DNA from: Amoeboaphelidium occidentale | Lineage: Eukaryota | DNA: 24,185 nucleotides | Direction of reading: 5' to 3' | Assembly (NCBI GenBank): GCA_023515795.1 | Contig: JALGPX010000005.1 | Coordinates: forward strand, 186,001-210,185 | Shown here: piece by piece, positions 12,946 to 22,237 of the stretch | How the letters are laid out: every line of letters starts with the position of its first letter | Position numbering within the stretch: the first letter of the stretch is position 1 | Position numbers and translations under genes: made by a program | The notes under the pieces: generated by a model | Seen by the model: the letters and a program-made list of their open reading frames with translations, nothing else | What the model was told of the DNA's origin: nothing | Database searches by the model: none

Positions 12946-14198
12946 ATGAGTTGCGATCTTACTGACCCACAATTGAAATCTGCTTATGATGAGATTAAAG
13001 ATGGTGGCTCGACATCATGGTAAGGTCTTGTTTCAACATACGCGCTTATACATTAGGCTTATCGCTGGTTACAGAGACACGAAAGACGTTATTAGCTTAT
13101 ACGAGAAAGGTACAGGTGACTTCAATGAGATGAGGACCAAGATACTTGAAAAAGAAGAAGTGTTATTTGCTTTCATAAGAGTCGAGGGCAAGTTTGCTCT
13201 TATCACGTACATAAGCGACAAAGCCAACGGTGTCAGAAGAGCTCGCGCATTAGTCCACGGCAGAGCGGTTGCTGCTGTTTTCAAGGTAATTACTTTTTAG
13301 TTTTACTCAAAGCAATACTAAACTCTGTTAGGAAAACAATTTAAGTTTGGCTCTAACAACTCCAGCAGAGTTGTCCGAGGCTAACATCAGATCTAAGTTG
13401 CGCTTAGACAGCATGACTAAATCTAAAGGATCTCTTAATAACATTGCAGCATCTGTTGGAAAGTCAAACAACAATCTCAGTGAATCTGGTCGTGGTCATG
13501 CTAATCAAGACGTGCCGCTTTCAAAAAAGAAGAGCACAGATGAATTAGCGACACCAGAAAAGAAAACCAACGCAGCTGCCATTGAACCATTGGCACCACC
13601 TCCTATGGAAGCACTCCCTCCAGTTCCGCGAGTTGTCCCTTACTCAGAGCCTCCAAAAGTTCGAGATGTTAAAGCCGAAGAGAATGTAAAAGAAGAAAAG
13701 GTAGTTAATGTGCCTGCTGCTCGCCAGGCTTCTCCAATTAAAAGTTCTGAAGCCAGCAAGAACAATGCATCAAACAAACAACATAATCCTCCAGCAGCAG
13801 CGGTAATCGCATCGAAACCTATGGAAAATGCACAAAGAAAAGATGATTTAGAAAGCCTTAATGTTCAGGGCTTTATTAACATGCAAAAGGGATTGCTATG
13901 GAAGAGACGTTATTATCGCGTTGGGGATGGATCCTTATCGTTGCTGTCCATCTTTCCGGTAAGCATCCTCTTATTGTGAGACTGACAATTTCTTTAGCAT
14001 GCAAAAGTTACAGCTGTGTTCAACCTCGCTAGCATTGATAAGGTTACACAAGCAGATGCTGAAATCATTGTCAGGCACAGTTTGAAGATAGAATTTAAAG
14101 CAGGGACAAAGGAGGCAACAGAATTTAGAGGACCATTGATCGTGTACTTCGATGATAGTGCCAGTTATCAGGAGTTTACGCAAAATTTGGGTGCCTAG
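12946..14198 (+). CDS. Actin-binding ADF-H (coactosin/drebrin-like) domain + low-complexity Pro/Lys/Asn linker + C-terminal PH-like domain, 376 aa; exons 12946-13019, 13057-13285, 13332-13958, 13998-14198
   Basis: The spliced N-terminus MSCDLTDPQLKSAYDEIKDGGSTSWLIAGY...FAFIRVEGKFALITYISDKANGVRRARALVH fits the ADF-H pattern. The C-terminus QGFINMQKGLLWKRRYYRV...SLKIEF fits a PH fold. Introns 13020-13056, 13286-13331 and 13959-13997 are all GTAA..AG and keep the frame. Confidence 0.85.
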
Positions 14199-14409
14199 AT
14201 CAATAGAAAGATCAATTAAACTTAAAATATGTGTTCTTCATGCAAGGGTCGTACCTTACACGACTCGACACTATGATAGCTATTCGATTCATATACTATT
14301 TATGATCATATTTAATCTTATGAAGTTGCGTTTCACAGCTTGCTTCAATTTTTGTGACTTGGTTTGAACTATTGATTACGTTTTCTAGTAGTGTCGCAGC
14401 ATCATCAAA

Positions 14410-16198
14410 ATGTCTTTACCAAGATCGCCCTCTCAGCAGCACAAGCAGCAGGGAAAGAAGTCTTTCATACCAGCACCAATTATTAAGCCTCAGTTCAGCA
14501 TGTTTGAAGCAAAGAACAATAATCAGATGGAACGAGATGTTGATGTCATTGAATCCAATGTGGATCGAGAGAATGTACCTCAAACACAGCAACATGCATT
14601 CAGCCTCTATGATCCATTCGCTAATACTATTGAGTATAATCAAAAGTTGCAAGAATTTAATCAAATCCTTAAGGAAGCGTTTCGAACTGAAACATGGGGA
14701 CAAAAGATCAGGAACAGCCAGTCAAAACTACAAAACTTTCTGGAAGACCCTTCATCGTCACTAGCCGTAAGATCATTACTCGTTTTACATTTAATGGCTC
14801 GTAGAGTTTGGTTTGTAACAGTATCTTATCTATCCTGATCATTCTGGGAACGATCGTGATGGTCTTGGAGTCAGTCGATTACATTTACCTTTCTTCACCA
14901 ACAGTGTGGTTTACCATAGACACTATTCTTACTGGAGTCTTTACTTTAGAAATAATTCTCAGGTTATGGGCTTGTGCAACAGATTGGAAGTCTTTCTCAA
15001 GGTATATTTTCAGTGTACTCTTTTGGGTAGATGTTGCAGCAATAACGCCATACTACATTGAGCTTATATTCTTTAATGATAATCTTATAAAGAATTACAA
15101 ATTTGGAAGGCTGACTGGATTGAGAGTTATCCGTGTGTTCTCGTTACTGAAGATGTTTCGCTTCATTAATCACGTCCGTTACATTCAAATATCTTTTGAA
15201 ATTGCTGGAGAAGCAGTAAGGAAAAGTTTAGGTCCTTTATTTCCTCTATTTGCGGCTGGATCAGTTATGGTCCTGTTCTTGTCAACAGCTATTTACTATG
15301 CGGAGAGAGGAACATTTGATGAGGAATCTCAGAAATGGATTAATAAGAAGGGAAAGGAATCGCAGTTTGGTGACATTCCAGCAACAATTTGGTTTGTTGT
15401 GACGACTTTAACCACTGTAGGCTATGGTAAGTGAAAAACAGGCTTTTGTATCTGATTGTTTTAGGTGATATGGCACCCGTAACTTTGTGGGGAAGAATAT
15501 TTAGCTTCATTACAATGATATGTGGCATGCTCCTAATTGCCTTGCCTTCGATCATAATTGGAAGGAACTTTTCCATATTGTGGGGAAACTTGAAAGCGAG
15601 AAACCAGATGCCGCCTGTACCGGCATGGCTAACCAAAATAACAGGTAGTGATAGCGGCTCTGGAAAACGTTCAAATTATCAGAAGCTAGATAACGATGAA
15701 GATCAAAAAGACAACGGCGAAGATAACCATGCTCATAGCAGCAACGAAAAAGGTGATATCAGAGGTTCTATGCGTGAAATACCTCATGCAGGCATGGACT
15801 CTACTCAAGACTTGAGATCTCATCCGACCATTGTATCTAAAACTGCTGAACTGGAATCAAAAGTTAAAGTTCCACATGATGACAAAACTACAAATAATCT
15901 AATAGCTGTCAGCTGTCCTAACTGTCAGCATAAATTCAAAGAGAAAATTCGGTTACCTTCTCCACAAAATATGAGAGGGCATGGAAATGCGAGAAGAATA
16001 AGTAGACAGACAACACAAACAAATGTGCAACCACAAGAGCATATTTTGCTGAACACGGAAGTTTCAGATATGGAATTACTGCGAATGATCTTGGAGAGCG
16101 TTCAAAAAGGGAATTCGATGATCAAAGAGTTGGTTGACGCTAATAATTTTGATGACCAAATAATATTCCAAGAAGCAAGCATTGACGAAGAACAATAG
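14410..16198 (+). CDS. Voltage-gated-type (6TM, Shaker-like) potassium channel, 570 aa; exons 14410-14766, 14805-15426, 15465-16198
   Basis: Pre-S1 LEDPSSS, hydrophobic S1-S3, S4 LRVIRVFSLLKMFR, pore helix IPATIWFVVTTLT, filter TVGYG|DMAP split by intron 15427-15464, S6 LIALPSIIIGRNF. The first intron is 14767-14804; both introns are 38 nt GTAAG..TAG. Confidence 0.93.
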
Positions 16199-16238
16199 AC
16201 GAAAAGATACATGAAAAAATGTTTATTGCAAATTGACC

Positions 16239-17039
16239 TTAAAACCCAGTCGCCATCAAAATGCCTTCCAAGTCTTGCATTGCATCATCAGATAATTCGC
16301 CCTTTCCCATCTTGCAGATTTCACGAACATCATGAGGCCAAGACAGCATGTGTTTTACTTCGTAAGTTTCGGGGTAAAAGGTGAACTCTTCAACAAACGC
16401 CGTAATGAAATACTGATAAGTCTCGCCATGGCATTTGGTAGTTCCCTCAAGTCTCATCTCAACAGGCTCATCCAAGAATGCGTCCATGAACAACTCAGAA
16501 TACTCAACTTTGGTATTGTGCTGTGTAGGAATATTCAAATGTGTATAACGTTTGCATAGCTTGTTGCTTTCAAAAGATAACTCCATTTGTTCAGCTTTCT
16601 GTGTAACGCGGTCCTTCTCAAACTTCATTGGCATTTTCTTGCATGCAACTTCTTGCTTGAAACCAGGACTTGCTTCATAAACAACATGGGATCCGTGTTC
16701 ATCAGCGATCATCACCATCGGACCAGAATGTTCCCAGCCAGAACCATGAATAGGATGTGCATCAACTCGGAAGCGTTTCTCTTTGCCGTCATAAACCTTT
16801 CTGAATCTGTACATCCTGACACCAGCACGATCAAAGTCTTCATCTTTTTCAGGGCGTATGCGCAACACGTAAAGACCAGAGGCAGACCAGCGCTCATGGG
16901 CTGCTGCCCCAGGAGCAAACGAACCATGACGCAGACTATTCATAAAGGAAAATGTAGAGCCTTTGATTGCGTCAAAGATATCCTGTTGGGCCAAAGCGTT
17001 TCCAAGTAAAAGGGCCGAAGCAAAGACAAGTAATTTCAT
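16239..17039 (-). CDS. Secreted hypothetical protein (266 aa), possibly ependymin-related / LolA-like beta fold
   Basis: Intronless ORF with a clear signal peptide MKLLVFASALLLGNALA|QQ, a beta-rich body, the motif YDGKEKRFRVD...VVYE...CKKMPM and 4 Cys. The family assignment is inference only. Confidence 0.75.
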   Translation of the reverse strand: MKLLVFASALLLGNALAQQDIFDAIKGSTFSFMNSLRHGSFAPGAAAHERWSASGLYVLRIRPEKDEDFDRAGVRMYRFRKVYDGKEKRFRVDAHPIHGSGWEHSGPMVMIADEHGSHVVYEASPGFKQEVACKKMPMKFEKDRVTQKAEQMELSFESNKLCKRYTHLNIPTQHNTKVEYSELFMDAFLDEPVEMRLEGTTKCHGETYQYFITAFVEEFTFYPETYEVKHMLSWPHDVREICKMGKGELSDDAMQDLEGILMATGF

Positions 17040-17189
17040 TATTATTTGAAAGAAATAGTTTAGAGGTGATAGCGGCTTTTATACTCGGATTTCGCTGTTT
17101 TATCGATCATAGTACGTTCAAGTCGAAATCGCAGTTTCAGATCGTAAACAAGTTTTGAGAATTCGTAAAAATACGCGAGTAATTGTAAT

Positions 17190-18332
17190 CTACCACTGTA
17201 TTAAGCGTAAACGATCATACAAACTCAATTTGCGTCTAGACTTATCAACATTGAGAATTTCAGCCTTCCAATCTTCCTCAGTCTCAGACAATACACATTC
17301 GACATAAAGCAGACGATGATCACTTGCTTTGAATTCAATGTCATCCATTTTCCATGCAACTGGTTTTAATTGCCTGACCAAAGCCCAGTCAAGTTTGCCC
17401 TTGAAATAACCATTGTGGTTAATCACCGTAATATCATGAAGCGAGAAAGGCTCCAGAAATTGTGGGTTCCTCAAAGCAGAAGCAAGAGAAGAGCTCTTCT
17501 GCTGAATTCTCTCTAAATCTTCTGTTGATACCTTCTGTTCTAAAAACTCAACAATGCTTTCCTTGGTGTCTCTGAGGATTCTGTCCATCCAAAATTCGGC
17601 TTCTGTAACACCAAATGTCGACCATCTTGTGGAATCCAAACAATATTTTGATGAGAATCGAGCAAATCCTGACCCAACTGTGTTCATATCGCCAAACATT
17701 ATTTGATAAGGGCTTGTGTCGAGATGAGCACGAGAGTCCTGAAACAATTCTCCGAGAACACATAATCGATCCAACATACCACAGAACACTTCCATGTGTA
17801 CTGAATAACATAGAATATTAGCAAAAGGGGTCCCGACATTTGCCCTAAGAGTGACTCTTTGACCTTTGCGGGGTTCTTTCATGCTTTGGCCTTCAACTTC
17901 CCAATCCACAGGCTGATGCTTATGAATTATCGCGTAAACGTCATTCAAAGGATACTTGCTGAATATTGCATTGCCATGAAGTCCATTGCCGCCCTGGTCA
18001 TTAGCGGCTCTGCAAGGATGTTCCAATTCGATAAATTCAACAACGAAAGCACCAGCCATTTTAAGCGCCTTTGCTATTTCTTCAAACCCGTCAACTCCTC
18101 CGGACCTTGTTACGCCAATGTCAACTTCCTGGATACACAGAATATCTGCGTCCAAGTCTTTGAGCTTCTGGATGATTGGTTCCAATTTGTAGTTTCTTTC
18201 AATGTTCCATTGAACCAACTTCAATGGACGCTTTTCTTCCAAGTGAGAATTATTCAGTAAAGCGCCGTCGCTATTGCGGTAGTCAATGAGAATTATGTCG
18301 CCAGGTTGCTTGTCGCTGTGCTCAACTGTCAT
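17190..18332 (-). CDS. Endonuclease/exonuclease/phosphatase (EEP, DNase I-like) family protein, 380 aa
   Basis: All EEP catalytic motifs appear in order: QWNIER, CIQEVD, GNAIFSKYP, SVHME, GDMNT, KLDW, SDH. Confidence 0.92.
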   Translation of the reverse strand: MTVEHSDKQPGDIILIDYRNSDGALLNNSHLEEKRPLKLVQWNIERNYKLEPIIQKLKDLDADILCIQEVDIGVTRSGGVDGFEEIAKALKMAGAFVVEFIELEHPCRAANDQGGNGLHGNAIFSKYPLNDVYAIIHKHQPVDWEVEGQSMKEPRKGQRVTLRANVGTPFANILCYSVHMEVFCGMLDRLCVLGELFQDSRAHLDTSPYQIMFGDMNTVGSGFARFSSKYCLDSTRWSTFGVTEAEFWMDRILRDTKESIVEFLEQKVSTEDLERIQQKSSSLASALRNPQFLEPFSLHDITVINHNGYFKGKLDWALVRQLKPVAWKMDDIEFKASDHRLLYVECVLSETEEDWKAEILNVDKSRRKLSLYDRLRLIQW

Positions 18333-19105
18333 CGTGCTTCAAAAAGTCGCTCTTTTTTCGTTGTCGACCAATGTAACGCTTTATACAAGATTGACATTCT
18401 ACCGGAGGGTTTAACACTTCCCGTCGAGAGGGATGATCGTGTGTTGGCGTTCATGGAAGATTTTGGCTTGTTTGAACCGTTATCGATGGTTGCTATGGCG
18501 ATATCCTCATCTTATTTGATCAGTGAGATCACAGTTCGTGAGAGTTCTGTACCGTCTGAATGTATCAAGGATTGTTCTCTAGATCAAGGTTGACAACTGC
18601 TCATAGATAAGATTGTACCTTGTGCTTTACGACTAGTTTATAATAGAACCCTTTTACAGAATCCAGAACTATCAAACTATGCTCGAGGACCAGGCTCTAA
18701 ACTTTTGGTCAAGCTCGGAATCCGCAGATTCCGACGCCACATTTTCAGCCAATCAGATTTCAGCAATCCTTTCCTACAAATGTTGGACAACGGGCTAATT
18801 CAAAAGCCTTGCTCCTTTGAACCGGTACTATGTTATGCGCGCTAATCGCTTTTCTTTGGGTTGGACATCGAAGGGAAGAAAGGTCTGCTTCAAATAGTTT
18901 AATATGGGGTTCTAAAAGTTGGAATGAACGGTTCCACAGGATTTCAATTACGTTCAGGATAAACCGCAACTGTTATTGAGTTGTCATTTATGGTTCGGTT
19001 GCGTTTAGTTCAAGAAGGTTTTTTGATCTTTTAGTACAATTTGAAATTAATGCAGATGGCTAATACTGATCTCAACAAAATTTTAATGTGTCTCATAATC
19101 GGAAC

Positions 19106-19188
19106 TGTCGACGTTTCACTAAGAAACGCTTAACTTACTTAACTGTAAACCTAGCAAGACCGAAATAAACGCACTTCGTTCACTTCGC
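19106..19188 (-). repeat. 3' LTR, U5 end (83 bp up to the N at 19189); flanking GGAAC at 19101-19105 is the candidate TSD
   Basis: Identical to 24102-24184 and in the same orientation. Confidence 0.88.
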
Positions 19189-19189
19189 N

Positions 19190-19272
19190 GCGAAGTGAAC
19201 GAAGTGCGTTTATTTCGGTCTTGCTAGGTTTACAGTTAAGTAAGTTAAGCGTTTCTTAGTGAAACGTCGACA
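19190..19272 (+). repeat. Inverted copy of the same LTR end, forming a perfect palindrome 19106-19272 centred on an N
   Basis: Exact reverse complement of 19106-19188. Confidence 0.9.
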
Positions 19273-19506
19273 CTCACTGAGTTTAACGCAGTTTCTCTAA
19301 AACAACTTCAGCCGAAAAGATACAAGGCAAAAGATGAGTTGAAACATTTATGTCCAATAAGCCATTCATTCACATGTGACACGATCTGCAAGACGATCAA
19401 AAGACTTCGCCGCCAGTTTTTTTAACCCCTTGAATGCCATGATTCTAAAAGTATTAAAAAATCACTTTCGTACAAATTTACCTTGGTTACTTTTGTGCGG
19501 ACTTGN

Positions 19507-19599
19507 CAGATCTACGTCAAATTACTCAGCCACAACTCAGACCAAAACGGAAGTGTTTGTATTGAATCGACTAAACTGGAATTCGCATTAATTCCAACA
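19507..19599 (-). repeat. 3' LTR, U3 start (93 bp up to the N at 19506)
   Basis: Begins TGTTGGAAT right after the PPT, which is the typical Ty1/copia LTR start. Confidence 0.85.
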
Positions 19600-19608
19600 C
19601 TCCCCCTC
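19600..19608 (-). promoter_or_regulatory. Polypurine tract of the copia element
   Basis: Minus strand GAGGGGGAG overlaps the pol stop codon and is immediately followed by TGTTGGAAT. Confidence 0.9.
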
Positions 19609-22237
19609 AATTCAATACATGAGGTAAAACGCTAGCCAACGTTCGCAGCTTCTGAAATTGATCTCTTGGCAGTGATTTAGTCAACATGTCTGCAATCATG
19701 TCTTTCGTTGAAACATACACCAAACCAACTTCGCCAGATTGTACCTTTTCACGAGTAAAATGATACTTGATCTCTAAATGCTTTGCGTTGCTGATGTGTT
19801 GCGGATCTTTCGCCAACTTAATACATGACTGGTTGTCTTCGTAGATAGTCAAATTATTTTGCGTGAACACTCCTAATTCTTCCATCAAATACTTTAACCA
19901 AAGTCCTTCATTTAAACAGGTATACAACGAAATGTACTCTGATGCCAATGTAGACGGGGCAATGGTTGTTTGCTTCTTGGACTTCCAGCAGATTGGTCCT
20001 CCAGCAAATAAGAAAATACAGCCTGATATGCTCTTCTTGTCATCATTACATGAAGCAAAACTAGCATCAGCATACCCAACTAACTCTTGTGAACCAGCTT
20101 TATAGTAGGTTATCCCATAATCAGTGGTACTTTTCAAATAGCGAAAAATTCGTTTGACCGCGACCCAATGGTCATTTCCCGGATTAGAGAAGAATCGAGC
20201 AGTTTGATTAACCGCGAAACTAATATCTGGTCTTGTTTGTGTGGACACGTACATCAGCGATCCCACTGCTGACTTATACGGGATGTTCTTCATCTGCATT
20301 TTCTCCTTTTCCGTCTTCGGTTGCATAATTACGCTTAATGATCTCATATCGGCCGGCGTGTCACACGCTTTACTATTCTGAAGACCAAATTCGAATAGTT
20401 TATCTTGCACGTACTTTAACTGATGAACAACGATCTTATCACTCAAAACATGAACCTGAATGCCTGCAATAGTATACTTATTCCCTGTACTTACAACTTT
20501 GATCTTGAGTTCACTTGATATTAACTTAAAAATAGAATTATTATCTTCATTTGACTTCGAAATTATGAGCAAATCATCCACATATGCACCAATTATGCAC
20601 AATTGATTATCGGATTTGCGAAAGAAGATACTTGGCTCAATCTTGCTTTGGATAAAGCCAACTTTGGTTAGAACAGAAACAAGCTTCTTGTTCCAATTAC
20701 GGCCAGACTGTTTTAAGCCATAGATACTTTTTCGGAGGAGAAATACCTCGCCTTCTTTATGTGGAATACACTCAGGAATAGTAAGGTAAACATCCATATC
20801 CATATCTGATTGTACATATGCGCTGTTAACATCCGCGTGCATCATTTTCAAATCATATTTCGCAGCTATAGCAATTATCAGTCTCAAACTATCACTGCGA
20901 ATAACTGGTGCAAATAGTTCTTTATAATTCACATCCTTGGTCTGGAAGTTTCCACATGCGACTAATCTTCCTTTGTAACGAGCAACACTCCCATCATCTC
21001 GCTCTTTTACACTAAACACCCACTTATGTGGTATGGCTGTTATATTATCAGGTCTTTTGACAATCTCCCAAGTCTTTTCACTTTGCAAAGCATCAATTTC
21101 TTCTTGAATCGCTTGCACCCATTTATCATGATCAGGACACTTCAAAGCATCTTTATATGATCTAGGTTCATAGTTTCTCTTTTCTTTTACGAAGTTCACT
21201 CTGTTCCTATCCTGTCTTTCTTGAATCCTTGCGCTCCTTCTTATACCTACTTCTTGATCATTTTGAACTTCAATATTATTAATAATTCCTTCCGCTTCTC
21301 TGTGAATTAATCTATCAACCCTTCTGTAATCCGAAACATCCTCGTCCTCGGAGCTTTCATTATCACTCATATGATAATCTGATCCTTCAACATCTAGTCC
21401 TTCTTGTGTATCTCCTTGAACGATCTTGTCGGAAACGAACTCATCTTCATGAAACTTTACGTCCACACTATTTATCTCCTTCAAGCTTTCTAACTCAAGT
21501 AGTTTCCATGATCTTTGATTGTAGCCCACAAATATACAATCCACAGCCCTATGTTCCAGATCTGATCGATGAACATCAGGAATACGAACTACAGCTTTGC
21601 ATCCAAAAACCCTTAGGTGTCTGTAATCTGGTTTATACCCATAAATAACTTCAAATGCAGTCTTTCCCGATACTCCTTTTCTACTATATGATCTGTTAAG
21701 TAGAAACACTGCCGCTTGCATAGCATACGGCCAAAACTTATGTGCAAGATTACTTTGATCCAACAGGCAATTACAGCATTCCATGCTTGTACGATTGAAC
21801 CTTTCCGCTTTTCCATTCAAAGCAGCTTTGTATTCAGGAGAACTATGCAGCTCAATTCCGTGATTCTTTAGAAATAATCCGTTTGATCCTGAAATCAACT
21901 CCTTGGCGTTGTCCGAGACAAATGCCTTGATATTCTTTCCAGTCTGATTTACGAACCATGGATAGAAATCAGTCTCAAACCGCGAAGCGCAATCATCTTT
22001 AGTCTTACATTGATATGTAACCGCATAGTTAGAGTATTCGTCGATAAAGCAGATACTGTACCTTTCCCCCTTCAAACCAGGGACACTGACTTGTTTTATA
22101 TCACAATGAATCCGATCTCCAACATCTTTAGCTTCAGCCCAAGTATGTTCTTCATTTAGTGATTTTGCCGTCATCTTGTTCCTCTCACATATATCACAGT
22201 GTACAGACAATCTTGATGAATCAACCTTCGGGATATT
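19607..22237 (-). CDS. Copia pol, 3' part (integrase core, reverse transcriptase, RNase H)
   Basis: Integrase D-D-E (IHCD, SDNAKE, NGKAER), RT (KGRLVACG, LRKSIYGLKQSGRNW, YVDD), RNase H (GYADAS, EY, EDNQ, ADMLTK), stop TGA at 19607-19609. The ORF-track start at 22267 lies inside the nested insertion. Confidence 0.95.
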   Translation of the reverse strand, partial: NIPKVDSSRLSVHCDICERNKMTAKSLNEEHTWAEAKDVGDRIHCDIKQVSVPGLKGERYSICFIDEYSNYAVTYQCKTKDDCASRFETDFYPWFVNQTGKNIKAFVSDNAKELISGSNGLFLKNHGIELHSSPEYKAALNGKAERFNRTSMECCNCLLDQSNLAHKFWPYAMQAAVFLLNRSYSRKGVSGKTAFEVIYGYKPDYRHLRVFGCKAVVRIPDVHRSDLEHRAVDCIFVGYNQRSWKLLELESLKEINSVDVKFHEDEFVSDKIVQGDTQEGLDVEGSDYHMSDNESSEDEDVSDYRRVDRLIHREAEGIINNIEVQNDQEVGIRRSARIQERQDRNRVNFVKEKRNYEPRSYKDALKCPDHDKWVQAIQEEIDALQSEKTWEIVKRPDNITAIPHKWVFSVKERDDGSVARYKGRLVACGNFQTKDVNYKELFAPVIRSDSLRLIIAIAAKYDLKMMHADVNSAYVQSDMDMDVYLTIPECIPHKEGEVFLLRKSIYGLKQSGRNWNKKLVSVLTKVGFIQSKIEPSIFFRKSDNQLCIIGAYVDDLLIISKSNEDNNSIFKLISSELKIKVVSTGNKYTIAGIQVHVLSDKIVVHQLKYVQDKLFEFGLQNSKACDTPADMRSLSVIMQPKTEKEKMQMKNIPYKSAVGSLMYVSTQTRPDISFAVNQTARFFSNPGNDHWVAVKRIFRYLKSTTDYGITYYKAGSQELVGYADASFASCNDDKKSISGCIFLFAGGPICWKSKKQTTIAPSTLASEYISLYTCLNEGLWLKYLMEELGVFTQNNLTIYEDNQSCIKLAKDPQHISNAKHLEIKYHFTREKVQSGEVGLVYVSTKDMIADMLTKSLPRDQFQKLRTLASVLPHVLN

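Noticed and set aside
1..16198. Functional motility cluster (dynein, actin-binding protein, K+ channel)
   Set aside because: No evidence of co-regulation in the sequence; adjacency in a compact genome is sufficient explanation without synteny data.
18405..18414. AGGGTTTA as a possible telomerase RNA template or telomere seed
   Set aside because: A single 8-mer with no supporting structure; expected by chance.
19092..19105. CTCATAA...AAC next to the 3' LTR resembling the PBS junction
   Set aside because: Short, gapped match that could be chance; no gag sequence follows.
19106..19272. Long hairpin as an ncRNA, terminator or MITE
   Set aside because: Both arms are the retrotransposon LTR end and the centre is an N, which points to a scaffolding join.
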